A stretch of 24,937 bases of DNA from positions 1-24,937 of the forward strand of contig JAZDHK010000034.1 in NCBI GenBank assembly GCA_043806035.1, written 5' to 3'. The first letter of the stretch is position 1. Each line of letters starts with the position of its first letter. The translations under genes and the position numbers were made by a program. This document shows, piece by piece, positions 8,698 to 18,445 of this stretch. Below the pieces are notes generated by a model. The model was not told the origin of the DNA and ran no database searches. It saw nothing but the letters and a program-made list of their open reading frames with translations. The stretch is from an archaeon. GTDB lineage: Archaea; Nanobdellota; Nanobdellia; Woesearchaeales; UBA9642.

Positions 8698-11072
8698 ACG
8701 ACATCAGCAAACTCCTTCTCGAATACGCACACACCCATCTTGACACGGTCTCGGAGCAAGAATGGGATGTGCGGGCTGAACTTCTTGATGATAAGCAACT
8801 CAAGAAAGTCGTGCTTGATAAGGTTGTCAGCAAGTATGATTCTCCGGCAAAACCCATTTCGCAATTGCAGGGTGTTGTCAAACGCCTTAATCCTCACGAG
8901 TATGATGACTTGAGGGAAGCGCTGGACGATATCGTCATGAGCATTAATGACTATTATGGCTATACGCAGGCATCAGGGAAAAAACCGCCGATGACCGTGG
9001 CACCAGTCATGACGATTGAGGAACGGCAACAAAAGGCGCTCGATGAGATGGAAAGCAGACGCATACGGAAAGTGATTGCGGCATTGGAACAGATGAAAGG
9101 CCAGTTTGATAATTCAGAGATGTACATTCGTGAACTCATCCAGAACGCCGTCGATGCGGGCAGCACGCGCATTGACGTACGCATGCGGTATGATGATGCT
9201 AAGAAGAAGGCCATCGTCAGCGTCAATGACAACGGCTGTGGCATGAACCTTGACAAGATCAGGGGCAAGCTGCTGACCTTGTTCGAGTCAGACAAGGAAG
9301 GAGATATAACAAAAATTGGCAGGTTTGGCATTGGCTTTGTCTCCGTCTTCGCCCAGAAAGGGCTAGAGCAGGTAGTAGTGCACACTTCTGATGGAACTGC
9401 AGAACACGTAGTGAAATTGCTCCCTCCTGCGCTCGGCTGGAAGGGTGAAATTTACGAATCAGGAAAGACGCGGGAGAAAGGGACGGAAGTCATCATCGAG
9501 GCATGCATCGGCAAGGAACACTACCTGGACCTCAGGAAAGGGCTGGTCAACGAGATCGGCAATTCGAGCGCATACATCACCACACCCTTGTACGTGAACA
9601 ACCACAAGATGAACAGAGAATTCAGAATTCCTCATGCAAAAGTGCAGTTTCACTTCGGCGGTGGCTCCGACCTTGAAGGCATACTTGCCATCACGCCACC
9701 AGAGATAAAAAACGGGAACACCATAGACAAAACATTCTATGCCATCTTTAATAGGAGGCTGTGCATCGCCAGGGAGAACAGGCCTTTGTTCGATGATGAA
9801 CCTGACCTCTCTATCATGTTGAGCTCATCGCATATTGACTACACCATCTCTAGAGATGCAATCATTGAGAACACGCGCTATAAGCAGATCCTGCGCCTGC
9901 TCAAGGAGAAGAAAGACCAATTGCATCACATCATCGCAAAATCGATAGCGACAGAAGAACAATTCAAGGTGGGTATTCCTCCCAAGGATGGAAAGGCGAG
10001 GTTCTGGTCATCCTCACCATCCGGCGAGTATGGTGCAGTTCCCGCGTATGCAGATGAACACAGAAAACAGCCCGTGTTTTTCAATGACAGTGAACGATTG
10101 CATTTCTGCGGTGACGAAGCATTATTTGACAAGTTGACCGAGTACATCAAGAAGAAGATAGCCCAGAAGAGGGAGCCCCTCTTGCGACGCATGAAGCATT
10201 TCTTTATGCGGAAGAATGGGACTGCCAGAATTCTCGAGCGGTTGCCTCGTGAGCTTCGGCATGAGAAGATACTCACGGGTATAGTCTATTTACCACAAGA
10301 GGATCGTGTTGGGTTTAAGCGGTATTCCCTCGCAGAGGTACTGGATCAGGCGGAGAAGGAGCATTGCGTGCTTTACACGTATGTCAGTCATCAACGCTAT
10401 ATTGAGTCTGTGGCTAAAGCCCTGCTCGATCGGGGAAAGATTCTGCTTGTCAACTTTGAGAAACATGATCCCCAGAAACGGCTGCTTGAGCTTTTCAGCA
10501 CGTATCAGGAAGTTCGCAGCAAGTATTCGTTGCCGAACTATGAGGATGTAGAGAAGCTGTCGCCCGCTGAGCGGACATTCATCACCGAACTGGATAGTAT
10601 CATCCAGAAGAGTCCGCTGAAAAAACACGTTGCGTACACGGTGATGGGCACGAAGCAGGATGTCCATAAGCAGAATGATGTGCCGTTGTACTTCTCCTCG
10701 AATGTTCTTGAAAAGGGATGGGGCAAGCGCCTGTTTGGCGTCAAGAGAACGTTCTATGAGCGGACAAAAGATGTGCTCATGGGGAAGGAGAAAGTCGTGC
10801 TGACGAGAAATCATGAGTTTGTCGAACGATGCGTCGCCCTCTCTCAGGACAGCATGTGGTCGTTCCTGCCGTATGTTGCGGTCATGACCGGCATCGCCTA
10901 TAAGCTGGCACACATGCACAGCGCTCTGCCCAAGGATATGCTGCAGTTCATCATGCAGGAGTATGGTGAGCAGCTCAAAGGCAAAGAAGTGGACATGGAG
11001 GCATTCATGTCGCAGTACAAGCGAGATGAGGCCTTTACCAGAACAACCGAGGTGCTGGTCGATGAACGATGA
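8694..11072 (+). CDS. GHKL (Hsp90/MutL/MORC-like) ATPase (operon gene 5)
   Basis: N box YIRELIQNAVDA, G1 DNGCGM, G2 KIGRFGIGFVSVF, G3 GTEV, followed by a transducer-like region (TISRDAII). Confidence 0.9.
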   Translation: MNDISKLLLEYAHTHLDTVSEQEWDVRAELLDDKQLKKVVLDKVVSKYDSPAKPISQLQGVVKRLNPHEYDDLREALDDIVMSINDYYGYTQASGKKPPMTVAPVMTIEERQQKALDEMESRRIRKVIAALEQMKGQFDNSEMYIRELIQNAVDAGSTRIDVRMRYDDAKKKAIVSVNDNGCGMNLDKIRGKLLTLFESDKEGDITKIGRFGIGFVSVFAQKGLEQVVVHTSDGTAEHVVKLLPPALGWKGEIYESGKTREKGTEVIIEACIGKEHYLDLRKGLVNEIGNSSAYITTPLYVNNHKMNREFRIPHAKVQFHFGGGSDLEGILAITPPEIKNGNTIDKTFYAIFNRRLCIARENRPLFDDEPDLSIMLSSSHIDYTISRDAIIENTRYKQILRLLKEKKDQLHHIIAKSIATEEQFKVGIPPKDGKARFWSSSPSGEYGAVPAYADEHRKQPVFFNDSERLHFCGDEALFDKLTEYIKKKIAQKREPLLRRMKHFFMRKNGTARILERLPRELRHEKILTGIVYLPQEDRVGFKRYSLAEVLDQAEKEHCVLYTYVSHQRYIESVAKALLDRGKILLVNFEKHDPQKRLLELFSTYQEVRSKYSLPNYEDVEKLSPAERTFITELDSIIQKSPLKKHVAYTVMGTKQDVHKQNDVPLYFSSNVLEKGWGKRLFGVKRTFYERTKDVLMGKEKVVLTRNHEFVERCVALSQDSMWSFLPYVAVMTGIAYKLAHMHSALPKDMLQFIMQEYGEQLKGKEVDMEAFMSQYKRDEAFTRTTEVLVDER

Positions 11073-14000
11073 GCAGTTGCGCCAAGTGACGGATGGCACG
11101 GAATTCATATGGGACATGAATCAGGAGAAGATGCAGCTCAAGACAACCACGAGCCTCCTCTCCGACCCTGTTGACTACGTCCTAGAATTCTTCTCACTCC
11201 TCCATAATTCGAATCCATCTGCCATACGTATCAAGACACACGCGTCTTCATTGGAAATGCTGGCTGATGGGGAAGGCTTGGACATGCAGGACATTACCGA
11301 GCTCTCCTCAACATTCTTCGTTTCTGAACAAGACAGTTCGCTCATGAAGAAATATGGTGGAATGACGCGGGCTGTGTATTCTGCCATGCATCTCAACACG
11401 GAAAAAGTCGTCATCGAGAGCAGAAAGCACAATGTTCCGCTTAAGTATACCTTCTCAAAGCTCTCGCCCAAAAAAATGTCCAAGGAAGAGCGTTTGAAAT
11501 CTGTCAGGTTCGGTGAGCATAATGTGAATTTCAAGCACGAGCAGCAGTCGAATGTCAAAGGAGGCATAAGGATAACTGTAGCAAAACAAGGCAAGGGTTT
11601 CTTCAGCAGGCTTAGCAGGGATAAGACTCCAGAGTATAGAAAGCTCATGGAGCGCTGCAGGAATTCAACCATTCCCGTCTATATCAATGGCAGGAAGATA
11701 AACATCGAACAGGAGGACTATGTCAAGAGGTCACTGTTCCACGGGGCATTGTTCAGGGAAACGAACGATCTGCCCTATCAGCACACGATAACGGATGATG
11801 GCCTGTCTGCGAAGATCTGGCTAGAGAGCAGGATTCCGAAAGGATTCATCAACCTGCTGAAGTCAGGCGTGTACTATCCTCAGGAAGAATTACTTCCCTC
11901 GGTTCCCTATCTTTGCGTGAACCTTGACTCGTTGGAATTCGTTGTCAGCCTGGGCAAGAAGAAGACAATCGCGAATTATGAAGGTGTTGTGCGAGAAGTT
12001 GGGAGAAACCTTCGCCCGCTCTTCGAACAAGTGCTGAATGGATATACGGAGAAGCTGCAACGGGAGTTTTACACCAGTAGCGCAGTCTCGCATCGGGAAG
12101 TCATAGCTAGGATGCTGCTCGACTTGAGCGAAAGTGACATTGCATCACTCTCTTCGGGCGATGCAACGCCGTATGTGAAAAAGTTGGTTTCAGCGAAAGT
12201 TTTCAGCATGAGCGAATACAACAAATCCGCATCGTTGGAGGATCTCCTTCACGAACCAGTTGTCGTTACAGTGCAGAACCGTCTTTTTTCACAGCATGAC
12301 TTTAACGTGTATGTTGCCGATGAATCGTTGGTTGCCGTGCTGCATAAATTCGGCCTGCGTACGAAGGATCTTTCGGCAATTCAGAAGGAGGAAATCCAGC
12401 GTACTCGTGAAGAATTAAATAGGATAAAAGAGGAGGAACGTCTCGCTAGCATGTCTGTCCATCAGCAACAGAACGCTATTGTTGGCGGCTACTTGGCAAA
12501 GCTCTTCGGGAAAAAGAATGCCATAACCCTTGATGAAGTGGTGCGCGTGGGCACATCCTCTTTGCGAGGGGCGTCATTGGTTGCGAGCGCAGTCATTGCT
12601 TCGCCGCTCCTCCTTGGTGGGGCGGCAGCCTATCATACAGTGAGATATGCTGGAAAAGCAGCTTTGCTTGCGCTGGTGACGGGTGTTGCTCTGGTAGGAG
12701 GAGCGGCAAAAATTAGCTATAAGGGAGTGGAGTGGACGGTGAAGAAGCCGCTGCGTGCCACCTGCAATGGTGTGGGGACGGGCATCGGTGCGGTGTATCA
12801 TGGAGTCCAGCGTTTCTATCATAATCATTTGTACAAGCCATTGCGTGCGACAGGTCGCGGCATAGCTGTGGGCGTTGGCACTGTCGCTACGGGTATAGGT
12901 GTCGGTGTTGGTGCTTTCTTCACTGGTATAGGTTATGTGCTCTATCACGCAGGCAAAGGCACGTGGGTGGCAACGAAGTATACGGCAGAACATACGGGTC
13001 GTGCTGCAGGCGCGACGAGGAGCGGCATTGCGCGGCTCGCGGGAAACATTTCTGATTACGTGAGTTCTACCTATCAGACGTGGAAATTGCAACGTGAGAC
13101 AAAACGTCACGCGCCCGAGGCAGTTCTCAAGAGGGATCAGCGTGATGAGCTGCGGAAGGCACAATATGCATTGAAGCAGAAAGCAAGAGATCAACGGAAA
13201 GCAGCACGTGAGCAAAAAGAGGAAGACAGAAAACAAAGCAAGGAAGAAAAGAAAAAGAGAAAGTATGAGGCGCATCAGGAAGAATACAGGCAAGATGTCG
13301 AAAACACCTTACGTGCAAGTCAGAAGATGGCGCACGCCATCCACTATCTCGCAGGTCACACCGATTTGTTCCAGTATCTCATCAATCACTCCTTGAATGA
13401 CACTTCACTTTTGGAATTCAAAATCCTCTGCCCGCGGGATTATCTCAGCGAATACAGCACGAAACTGGACAGTCTCGTTCTGCGACATCTGACAAAAAGG
13501 AAAGGCATTTTCTTCAACGTGCCGAAGTTCGACAGGAATCATCTTGGCATTGTTCACCAGTACGTGCACAAGTCAGTGAAGCCGTACGAGGCTCCGCTCA
13601 TTCCCTTTATTGATAAACGGCACTCAAACGATGAGAAGCGAACGCTCTCGCCCATGTTGACGATTGATGGACGTATTGACAAGCAGAACACGCTTGCGGA
13701 TGCACTCGGGTACGTTCCCGGACTGTATGCGCTTGCTCCGTACGTGTTTGCCTTTGCCGAAATGCCAGATGGCGTGTGGATTTCTGATGTGCAGCCGACA
13801 ACAACGTCATATTGGGATGAGCACAGGAATCTGATGGCGAGGACAGCCATCAAGTTTCTCAATCCGAACAAGCCCTACACGTCAGATGTGATTTCATTCT
13901 ATGATGCCATGTTCAAACGCATCCTCGAGGCAAAAGTCATTGATACGGTCGAGGCATACCAGCACGGCGATGAGAAACGCTTCAAGGAACTCTTCCCGCT

Positions 14001-14130
14001 CCTGGACAAGAAAGAAGTGCGAGATGTCGTGACACGACTATTGCAGGAACAGAAGCATTATCCTGCCCTTGACGATTATGTCGAGACGGCACAACCGCAG
14101 TTGGTGAATGAGCTCGGCAGGACGACATAG
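11062..14130 (+). CDS. Degenerate GHKL paralog with a central Gly-rich hydrophobic region and charged coiled coil (operon gene 6)
   Basis: GAGGTG SD before ATG 11062. DYVLEFFSLLHNS / ADGEGL / KKYGGM / GIRITV / IPVYINGRKIN are colinear with the gene 5 motifs. Confidence 0.8.
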   Translation: MNDEQLRQVTDGTEFIWDMNQEKMQLKTTTSLLSDPVDYVLEFFSLLHNSNPSAIRIKTHASSLEMLADGEGLDMQDITELSSTFFVSEQDSSLMKKYGGMTRAVYSAMHLNTEKVVIESRKHNVPLKYTFSKLSPKKMSKEERLKSVRFGEHNVNFKHEQQSNVKGGIRITVAKQGKGFFSRLSRDKTPEYRKLMERCRNSTIPVYINGRKINIEQEDYVKRSLFHGALFRETNDLPYQHTITDDGLSAKIWLESRIPKGFINLLKSGVYYPQEELLPSVPYLCVNLDSLEFVVSLGKKKTIANYEGVVREVGRNLRPLFEQVLNGYTEKLQREFYTSSAVSHREVIARMLLDLSESDIASLSSGDATPYVKKLVSAKVFSMSEYNKSASLEDLLHEPVVVTVQNRLFSQHDFNVYVADESLVAVLHKFGLRTKDLSAIQKEEIQRTREELNRIKEEERLASMSVHQQQNAIVGGYLAKLFGKKNAITLDEVVRVGTSSLRGASLVASAVIASPLLLGGAAAYHTVRYAGKAALLALVTGVALVGGAAKISYKGVEWTVKKPLRATCNGVGTGIGAVYHGVQRFYHNHLYKPLRATGRGIAVGVGTVATGIGVGVGAFFTGIGYVLYHAGKGTWVATKYTAEHTGRAAGATRSGIARLAGNISDYVSSTYQTWKLQRETKRHAPEAVLKRDQRDELRKAQYALKQKARDQRKAAREQKEEDRKQSKEEKKKRKYEAHQEEYRQDVENTLRASQKMAHAIHYLAGHTDLFQYLINHSLNDTSLLEFKILCPRDYLSEYSTKLDSLVLRHLTKRKGIFFNVPKFDRNHLGIVHQYVHKSVKPYEAPLIPFIDKRHSNDEKRTLSPMLTIDGRIDKQNTLADALGYVPGLYALAPYVFAFAEMPDGVWISDVQPTTTSYWDEHRNLMARTAIKFLNPNKPYTSDVISFYDAMFKRILEAKVIDTVEAYQHGDEKRFKELFPLLDKKEVRDVVTRLLQEQKHYPALDDYVETAQPQLVNELGRTT

Positions 14131-14278
14131 CAAACCCTAAAGTCTCGATATGTTCATAAATTGCCGAAAAAGCAATGTGAGAATGTGCAGAATGCGGCAA
14201 TTCTCCTGAAAAGCATTTAAAGAGGTGTACGTTGTATGTTTCTTACGTAACTACTACCACGATGTGGGGGAGGAAAAC

Positions 14279-14521
14279 ATGGATCTAGAAACGAAGGCAA
14301 ACGAATGGTATACCAATGTCCTGACATCAAAAGTGGCAAAGAATGCACTTCTGTATGCGGGTGTCGGCGGGGTCGGCAGCTTCTTTTTTGACAGCGTCGG
14401 CTTCCTCGGAGGAGCACTCCTCGGATCAGGCATCTACGTTGTTGGCAAGTGCATCAAGGAATACCGTGCGCACAACAGGACTACTGACAACCAGGTCAAT
14501 GACACGACACACACGGGCTAG
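14279..14521 (+). CDS. Small two-TM membrane protein (paralog of 3909-4133)
   Basis: GGGGAGG SD before ATG 14279; TTTAAA box at about 14216; Gly-rich hydrophobic helices. Confidence 0.75.
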   Translation: MDLETKANEWYTNVLTSKVAKNALLYAGVGGVGSFFFDSVGFLGGALLGSGIYVVGKCIKEYRAHNRTTDNQVNDTTHTG

Positions 14522-16845
14522 AACAGCTTGAAGAAGCTCAGCTGTTGGATAATGTCAGCGCCGCTGCCATGCGTCAGCATTATGCTGGGAAACGCATCGA
14601 AGAGGTTGTTGATATAGCCGAACTTGAACAGGGCAATGCACCAGATGATGATGAGTGCGGCAATGCCATAGGCGAACGTGAACAGCAATTGTTTTCTTAT
14701 CTTTTCTTCAAGCAAGCCGTACGTCTTGAACAGGAACAGCAAGGAGAGGCAGAACAGTACGTAGAGGGAGAGAGCAAAAAACATGCTCAGATAATTTTGC
14801 TTGAACACGATGTCGTGCAGCATAAACCATAGCCTGTCGGGTATGAGTTTGAAGACGAACACGTTCAAGAACAGGACGAAGAACGTGATGAACAGCATGA
14901 TGAGATGGGTGAAGAGCTTGCTCTTCTGCCTAAAGAATACCAGCCGCACGAGGACAAGCCATATGAGGAAGATGACCACGAGCAGGCAGCCGATGATGAC
15001 ATCATTCCTGGACATGAATGCCAACGGGCTTGATAGTGTTGCACCGATGAACACGGCGATGATTGCCCGATCTGTAACGGGATAGAGGGAAAGGATGCGC
15101 AGCAGGATAAGCACGGCAACGAGGGCAAATGCCAGCGTCGAAGTGATGAGCAGGAGCTGCCGTTGCTTATACCTCTCGACGCGCTCGATGAACTGGTATG
15201 CATCACTGAAGTCCATGCTCGGCAATGCCTCGTCCTTGCCATATTCGTGCTCGAGCTGCATGGCGAGGCTTTTTGCTTCTGCAGCGGTGGCCTGAGCGGC
15301 GAGTAAGTAGTTCTCGTCCTTTTTCTTGATGAACTCGTAGTAGGAGAGGAAGGCCAGCTTATACTTTGCAAGGAAGGAAAGCGTTTTTTCCTGATAGTCG
15401 AGGCTTTGCCGGATGAATGGTGTTGATGTGCCGTTCAGGATGGCTTGTTTGTGCATCATGAATCTGTCCAACGCAGCGTTCGTCCGTGAGGCTTCTTCGC
15501 TGACATTTTTTACTTGCAGATAAACGTGCACGAGTGCAAAGTGCGCATCCATCGGCCTGTCCCACCAGAGCCATAATAGTGTGGGGAGGGGAACGTTTCT
15601 CACGCGTGACGGTCGTTCCGCATACGCCTTGACGTACAGGATGTCCTGAATAATGGTATGACTGTCCTTGACGAATGCAAAGAGCGCGTCTGCTGCGCCT
15701 GTCGATTGCAAATTTTCTTGCAGTGCACGGTCCGTGTCATACGCTGGATTGTGCACGATTAGGGGAAATACAGCACTGTTCAGTTCTGTCCAGAAACCTG
15801 CAGGGGTGTCTGGTTGGTTGTTTGCCCTGTCCCATCCGCCGAAGTGCGTCCACACGTACACGCCAGCAAAATTCTTCCTCGTTGTGTAGTCTGCAAGGAG
15901 GTCCTTGTTGCTGTCCACGAGATAGTTCGTCAAGGAGCCATAGCCTTCGTATTCTCGCCTGAGTTGGAATTCTACGAGTTGCTGCACGGATCCTCTGCCG
16001 AGCAGCCGTTCTTTTGGGAGGAAGCTGAAGAAGTCGCCTTCACCGTTTTTTATGGACGTGATGAGATGGCTCGTGTTGTACGTTCTGAATATGTTGTCGT
16101 ACTTGTCGGGATTGTACATGAGATCCCCTATTTTTCCTATGCCCACTGTCCAGGTTCTGAAGATGAGCGTCTTGTTGTGCTTTTTTGCGAGGGGCAGGAG
16201 GGTGTCGATGAGCCTGCTGATGTCCTGCTCCGTTGTGTAGCTCAGCACGGACGTGTACTCTGCCGATGAGGTGTAGAATTGCCCTCCTTCTCCTATCCTG
16301 ATGATGATGCCAGACAGGCGCGGCATGCTCGTGCATACTTCTTCGAGTGCTGCCTTGTTCAGCTGCATGAGCCGTTCGTTCTCTGCGGAGAAATCATGTC
16401 TGACAAATGCACTGATGAATGAATCCGTGAATTGGTAGTCTGACGTGAGGTAGAAGCTGGCATTTTCCAGCTCTGGCGTTCGCATGATGTCGTTGAAGAA
16501 TGTCTTGTATGCCTCTGCCCTGATGACATAGCTGCTGTTTACGGGATAGACGTCGATGCTTGGCAGGGAGATGACCCGTTGCATGTCTCCAATGACGAAT
16601 GCATTGTATCCTTCTGCAAGCCGGTGCTTTGCGTATGCAATGAACCGTTCTTTGGCCACTGCTAATTTTGCTGTATCAACGTATGGTTGGCTAGTGGTGT
16701 CGTACTGGTGGTAGGGAAAGATGTTCCACGAATCTTTTTCTTTCGCATCAAGGTAGAATGTCCCGCCGGGATCCGTCATGATGAGTTGCGCTTGTGCTGC
16801 ACTCAAGATGACAAGCAGGGTGAGAAGGAGCAGCCAGGCCTTCAT
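14518..16845 (-). CDS. Secreted glycoside-hydrolase-like catalytic domain (GH67-like barrel?) with a C-terminal multi-pass membrane anchor
   Basis: Signal peptide MKAWLLLLTLLVILSAAQA; GIIIRIGEGG, LIFRTW and VEFQLRREYEGYG motifs; about 6 TM helices in the last 210 aa. Confidence 0.6.
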   Translation of the reverse strand: MKAWLLLLTLLVILSAAQAQLIMTDPGGTFYLDAKEKDSWNIFPYHQYDTTSQPYVDTAKLAVAKERFIAYAKHRLAEGYNAFVIGDMQRVISLPSIDVYPVNSSYVIRAEAYKTFFNDIMRTPELENASFYLTSDYQFTDSFISAFVRHDFSAENERLMQLNKAALEEVCTSMPRLSGIIIRIGEGGQFYTSSAEYTSVLSYTTEQDISRLIDTLLPLAKKHNKTLIFRTWTVGIGKIGDLMYNPDKYDNIFRTYNTSHLITSIKNGEGDFFSFLPKERLLGRGSVQQLVEFQLRREYEGYGSLTNYLVDSNKDLLADYTTRKNFAGVYVWTHFGGWDRANNQPDTPAGFWTELNSAVFPLIVHNPAYDTDRALQENLQSTGAADALFAFVKDSHTIIQDILYVKAYAERPSRVRNVPLPTLLWLWWDRPMDAHFALVHVYLQVKNVSEEASRTNAALDRFMMHKQAILNGTSTPFIRQSLDYQEKTLSFLAKYKLAFLSYYEFIKKKDENYLLAAQATAAEAKSLAMQLEHEYGKDEALPSMDFSDAYQFIERVERYKQRQLLLITSTLAFALVAVLILLRILSLYPVTDRAIIAVFIGATLSSPLAFMSRNDVIIGCLLVVIFLIWLVLVRLVFFRQKSKLFTHLIMLFITFFVLFLNVFVFKLIPDRLWFMLHDIVFKQNYLSMFFALSLYVLFCLSLLFLFKTYGLLEEKIRKQLLFTFAYGIAALIIIWCIALFKFGYINNLFDAFPSIMLTHGSGADIIQQLSFFKLF

Positions 16846-17114
16846 GGTTCAGACGAGGCATCATCATTTATATACTTATCTTCTTGCTTCACCCTGACAC
16901 GTTCGAGCGCCTTCCGTACTTGCTGGTTAAGCTCAGTAAGCTCGTCCTTCTTCAGTTCAAGAATGCCCGAGGCAGGCCCATCTTTGAAGCAAAGCTCGAT
17001 GATCTCGTCTTTTTCGTTGATGAGGTTCTCCCTGATGCGGACTTCCTTGATGATGACGTTCGCCTCAATTCTAGAAAGGTTCTTGTCATCACCCACCTTC
17101 ACCTTGAGATGCAT
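16842..17114 (-). CDS. Hypothetical protein
   Basis: ATG at 17114 with TTTAAATA upstream; ATGA overlap with the downstream gene. Confidence 0.75.
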   Translation of the reverse strand: MHLKVKVGDDKNLSRIEANVIIKEVRIRENLINEKDEIIELCFKDGPASGILELKKDELTELNQQVRKALERVRVKQEDKYINDDASSEP

Positions 17115-17274
17115 GCTCTCTTCATGCAGCAAGGGCTATTTAAAATTTCTTATTTTGTAACTATTCTGAAGAGAATACGTGATTTGGTATGCACGCTGTT
17201 GCAGCACTTGTGTGAGCAATATTCATATGCGCTACAACACCCTGCACTGTCCCCGAAGATAGAGTGGTGAAATC

Positions 17275-17523
17275 ATGGAAGATCCGAATGGTGAGAGTGT
17301 TGACGAAAACAAACGGCGTGTAGTGCAGCTTGATGACATAGCGTTATTGCTCTTCCTTGATTATGAGGCACGATTCGTCAAGAAGAGCAAAGAAGGGCAA
17401 TGCCTGCCAGGTAAGGACTACATCCCCTGTCTTGTCTGCAAGGCGAAGATTCCACCGTATCGTGCTATTGTCTCGTCTGAAGAATACTACTGTCCTGTCT
17501 GCGAGCACGAGTGGATGTACTAA
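17275..17523 (+). CDS. Small zinc-ribbon protein
   Basis: GGTGA SD; CLVC-x16-CPVC. Confidence 0.65.
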   Translation: MEDPNGESVDENKRRVVQLDDIALLLFLDYEARFVKKSKEGQCLPGKDYIPCLVCKAKIPPYRAIVSSEEYYCPVCEHEWMY

Positions 17524-17590
17524 TCGTTGTCGTTCCGTGTTAGGAACCGTGGTCAGCAGCATCAGTTGCCGGCTCAGACTTCTTTTTCAA

Positions 17591-18418
17591 CTAGACTTGA
17601 CCGGTCATTAGATTTATTATTCGCGGTGTTGCGTATGTTTCTTTGATGGTGTGTCTCATTCTGCGCAGAGTGAGTAGTGGGCAATAATCCCTCGTTACGT
17701 CAACAGACTTATTCATGATTGTATATGGCAATAATGAATGTCCTGCACCAAGACAATGATTTAATTCGTGTTTGAACACATTTTTGAATCTTTTCTCTTT
17801 TGTCGAGACTATCATCAAAGGATATCCTATATGTTGTACTGATCCTTTAATTGTGGATGTTGGATAAATGGTTATTTGCCGAAGGGAATTTAATAGTGTC
17901 TGAATGATGCGAGGAACATCCTCGATATTACCCTGTATCTCGATATTATCAACTATTGGTCTATTAATATCTTCAAAAAGTGCACAGTAGATGGCAGGTC
18001 TCGTGAGAGAGGCACATTCTTTTTCATAAACTGCTACCAGATCCAGGCCCCTTCTCTTATGAGGTTCACGCATTTCGTATTCCCTTATTAATTCTCGCAT
18101 TGCTTTCTGATCATGTTCTGTTTTTGCTATTTCATCTTGCAGTGTGCTGAGTGCTTTCTTGAACTGATGGTCATATTCCCAGACGCGGAATGTTGGCTCG
18201 AGTGCGAGATTAAGTTTTCGTGCGTACCAGTCAAATATGGTGTGAAAGGTCTTTTCTGTATCGCTGATACCTTCAGCATATTCTTCTTGTGTCAGATTTT
18301 GAGGAAAGACGCTTTTGTCGAAAAAAATGTGCAGGTCTATCGTGTGTGCGTCTCGTCTTTGAGGAGGATTCTTCCAGACACGATTCATGTCAGCAATGAA
18401 TTGTTCTGTTAGGTCCAT
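17591..18418 (-). CDS. Metzincin-type (matrixin-like) zinc metalloprotease
   Basis: HELNHCLGAGH (HExxHxxGxxH) followed by a Met-turn TIM; AAGGAG SD. Confidence 0.75.
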   Translation of the reverse strand: MDLTEQFIADMNRVWKNPPQRRDAHTIDLHIFFDKSVFPQNLTQEEYAEGISDTEKTFHTIFDWYARKLNLALEPTFRVWEYDHQFKKALSTLQDEIAKTEHDQKAMRELIREYEMREPHKRRGLDLVAVYEKECASLTRPAIYCALFEDINRPIVDNIEIQGNIEDVPRIIQTLLNSLRQITIYPTSTIKGSVQHIGYPLMIVSTKEKRFKNVFKHELNHCLGAGHSLLPYTIMNKSVDVTRDYCPLLTLRRMRHTIKETYATPRIINLMTGQV

Positions 18419-18445
18419 GTTTCGATGCTCCTTGCTAGTAACGCG

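Noticed and set aside
8694-11072. Calling the GHKL ATPase htpG or mutL
   Set aside because: Only the shared GHKL motifs are recognisable; the N-terminal extension, C-terminus and operon context differ.
10290-13293. Long antisense ORFs (10290-11117, 12574-13293; also 6644-7360 and 2109-2624)
   Set aside because: Shadow frames of well-supported genes, with no motifs or SD sites.
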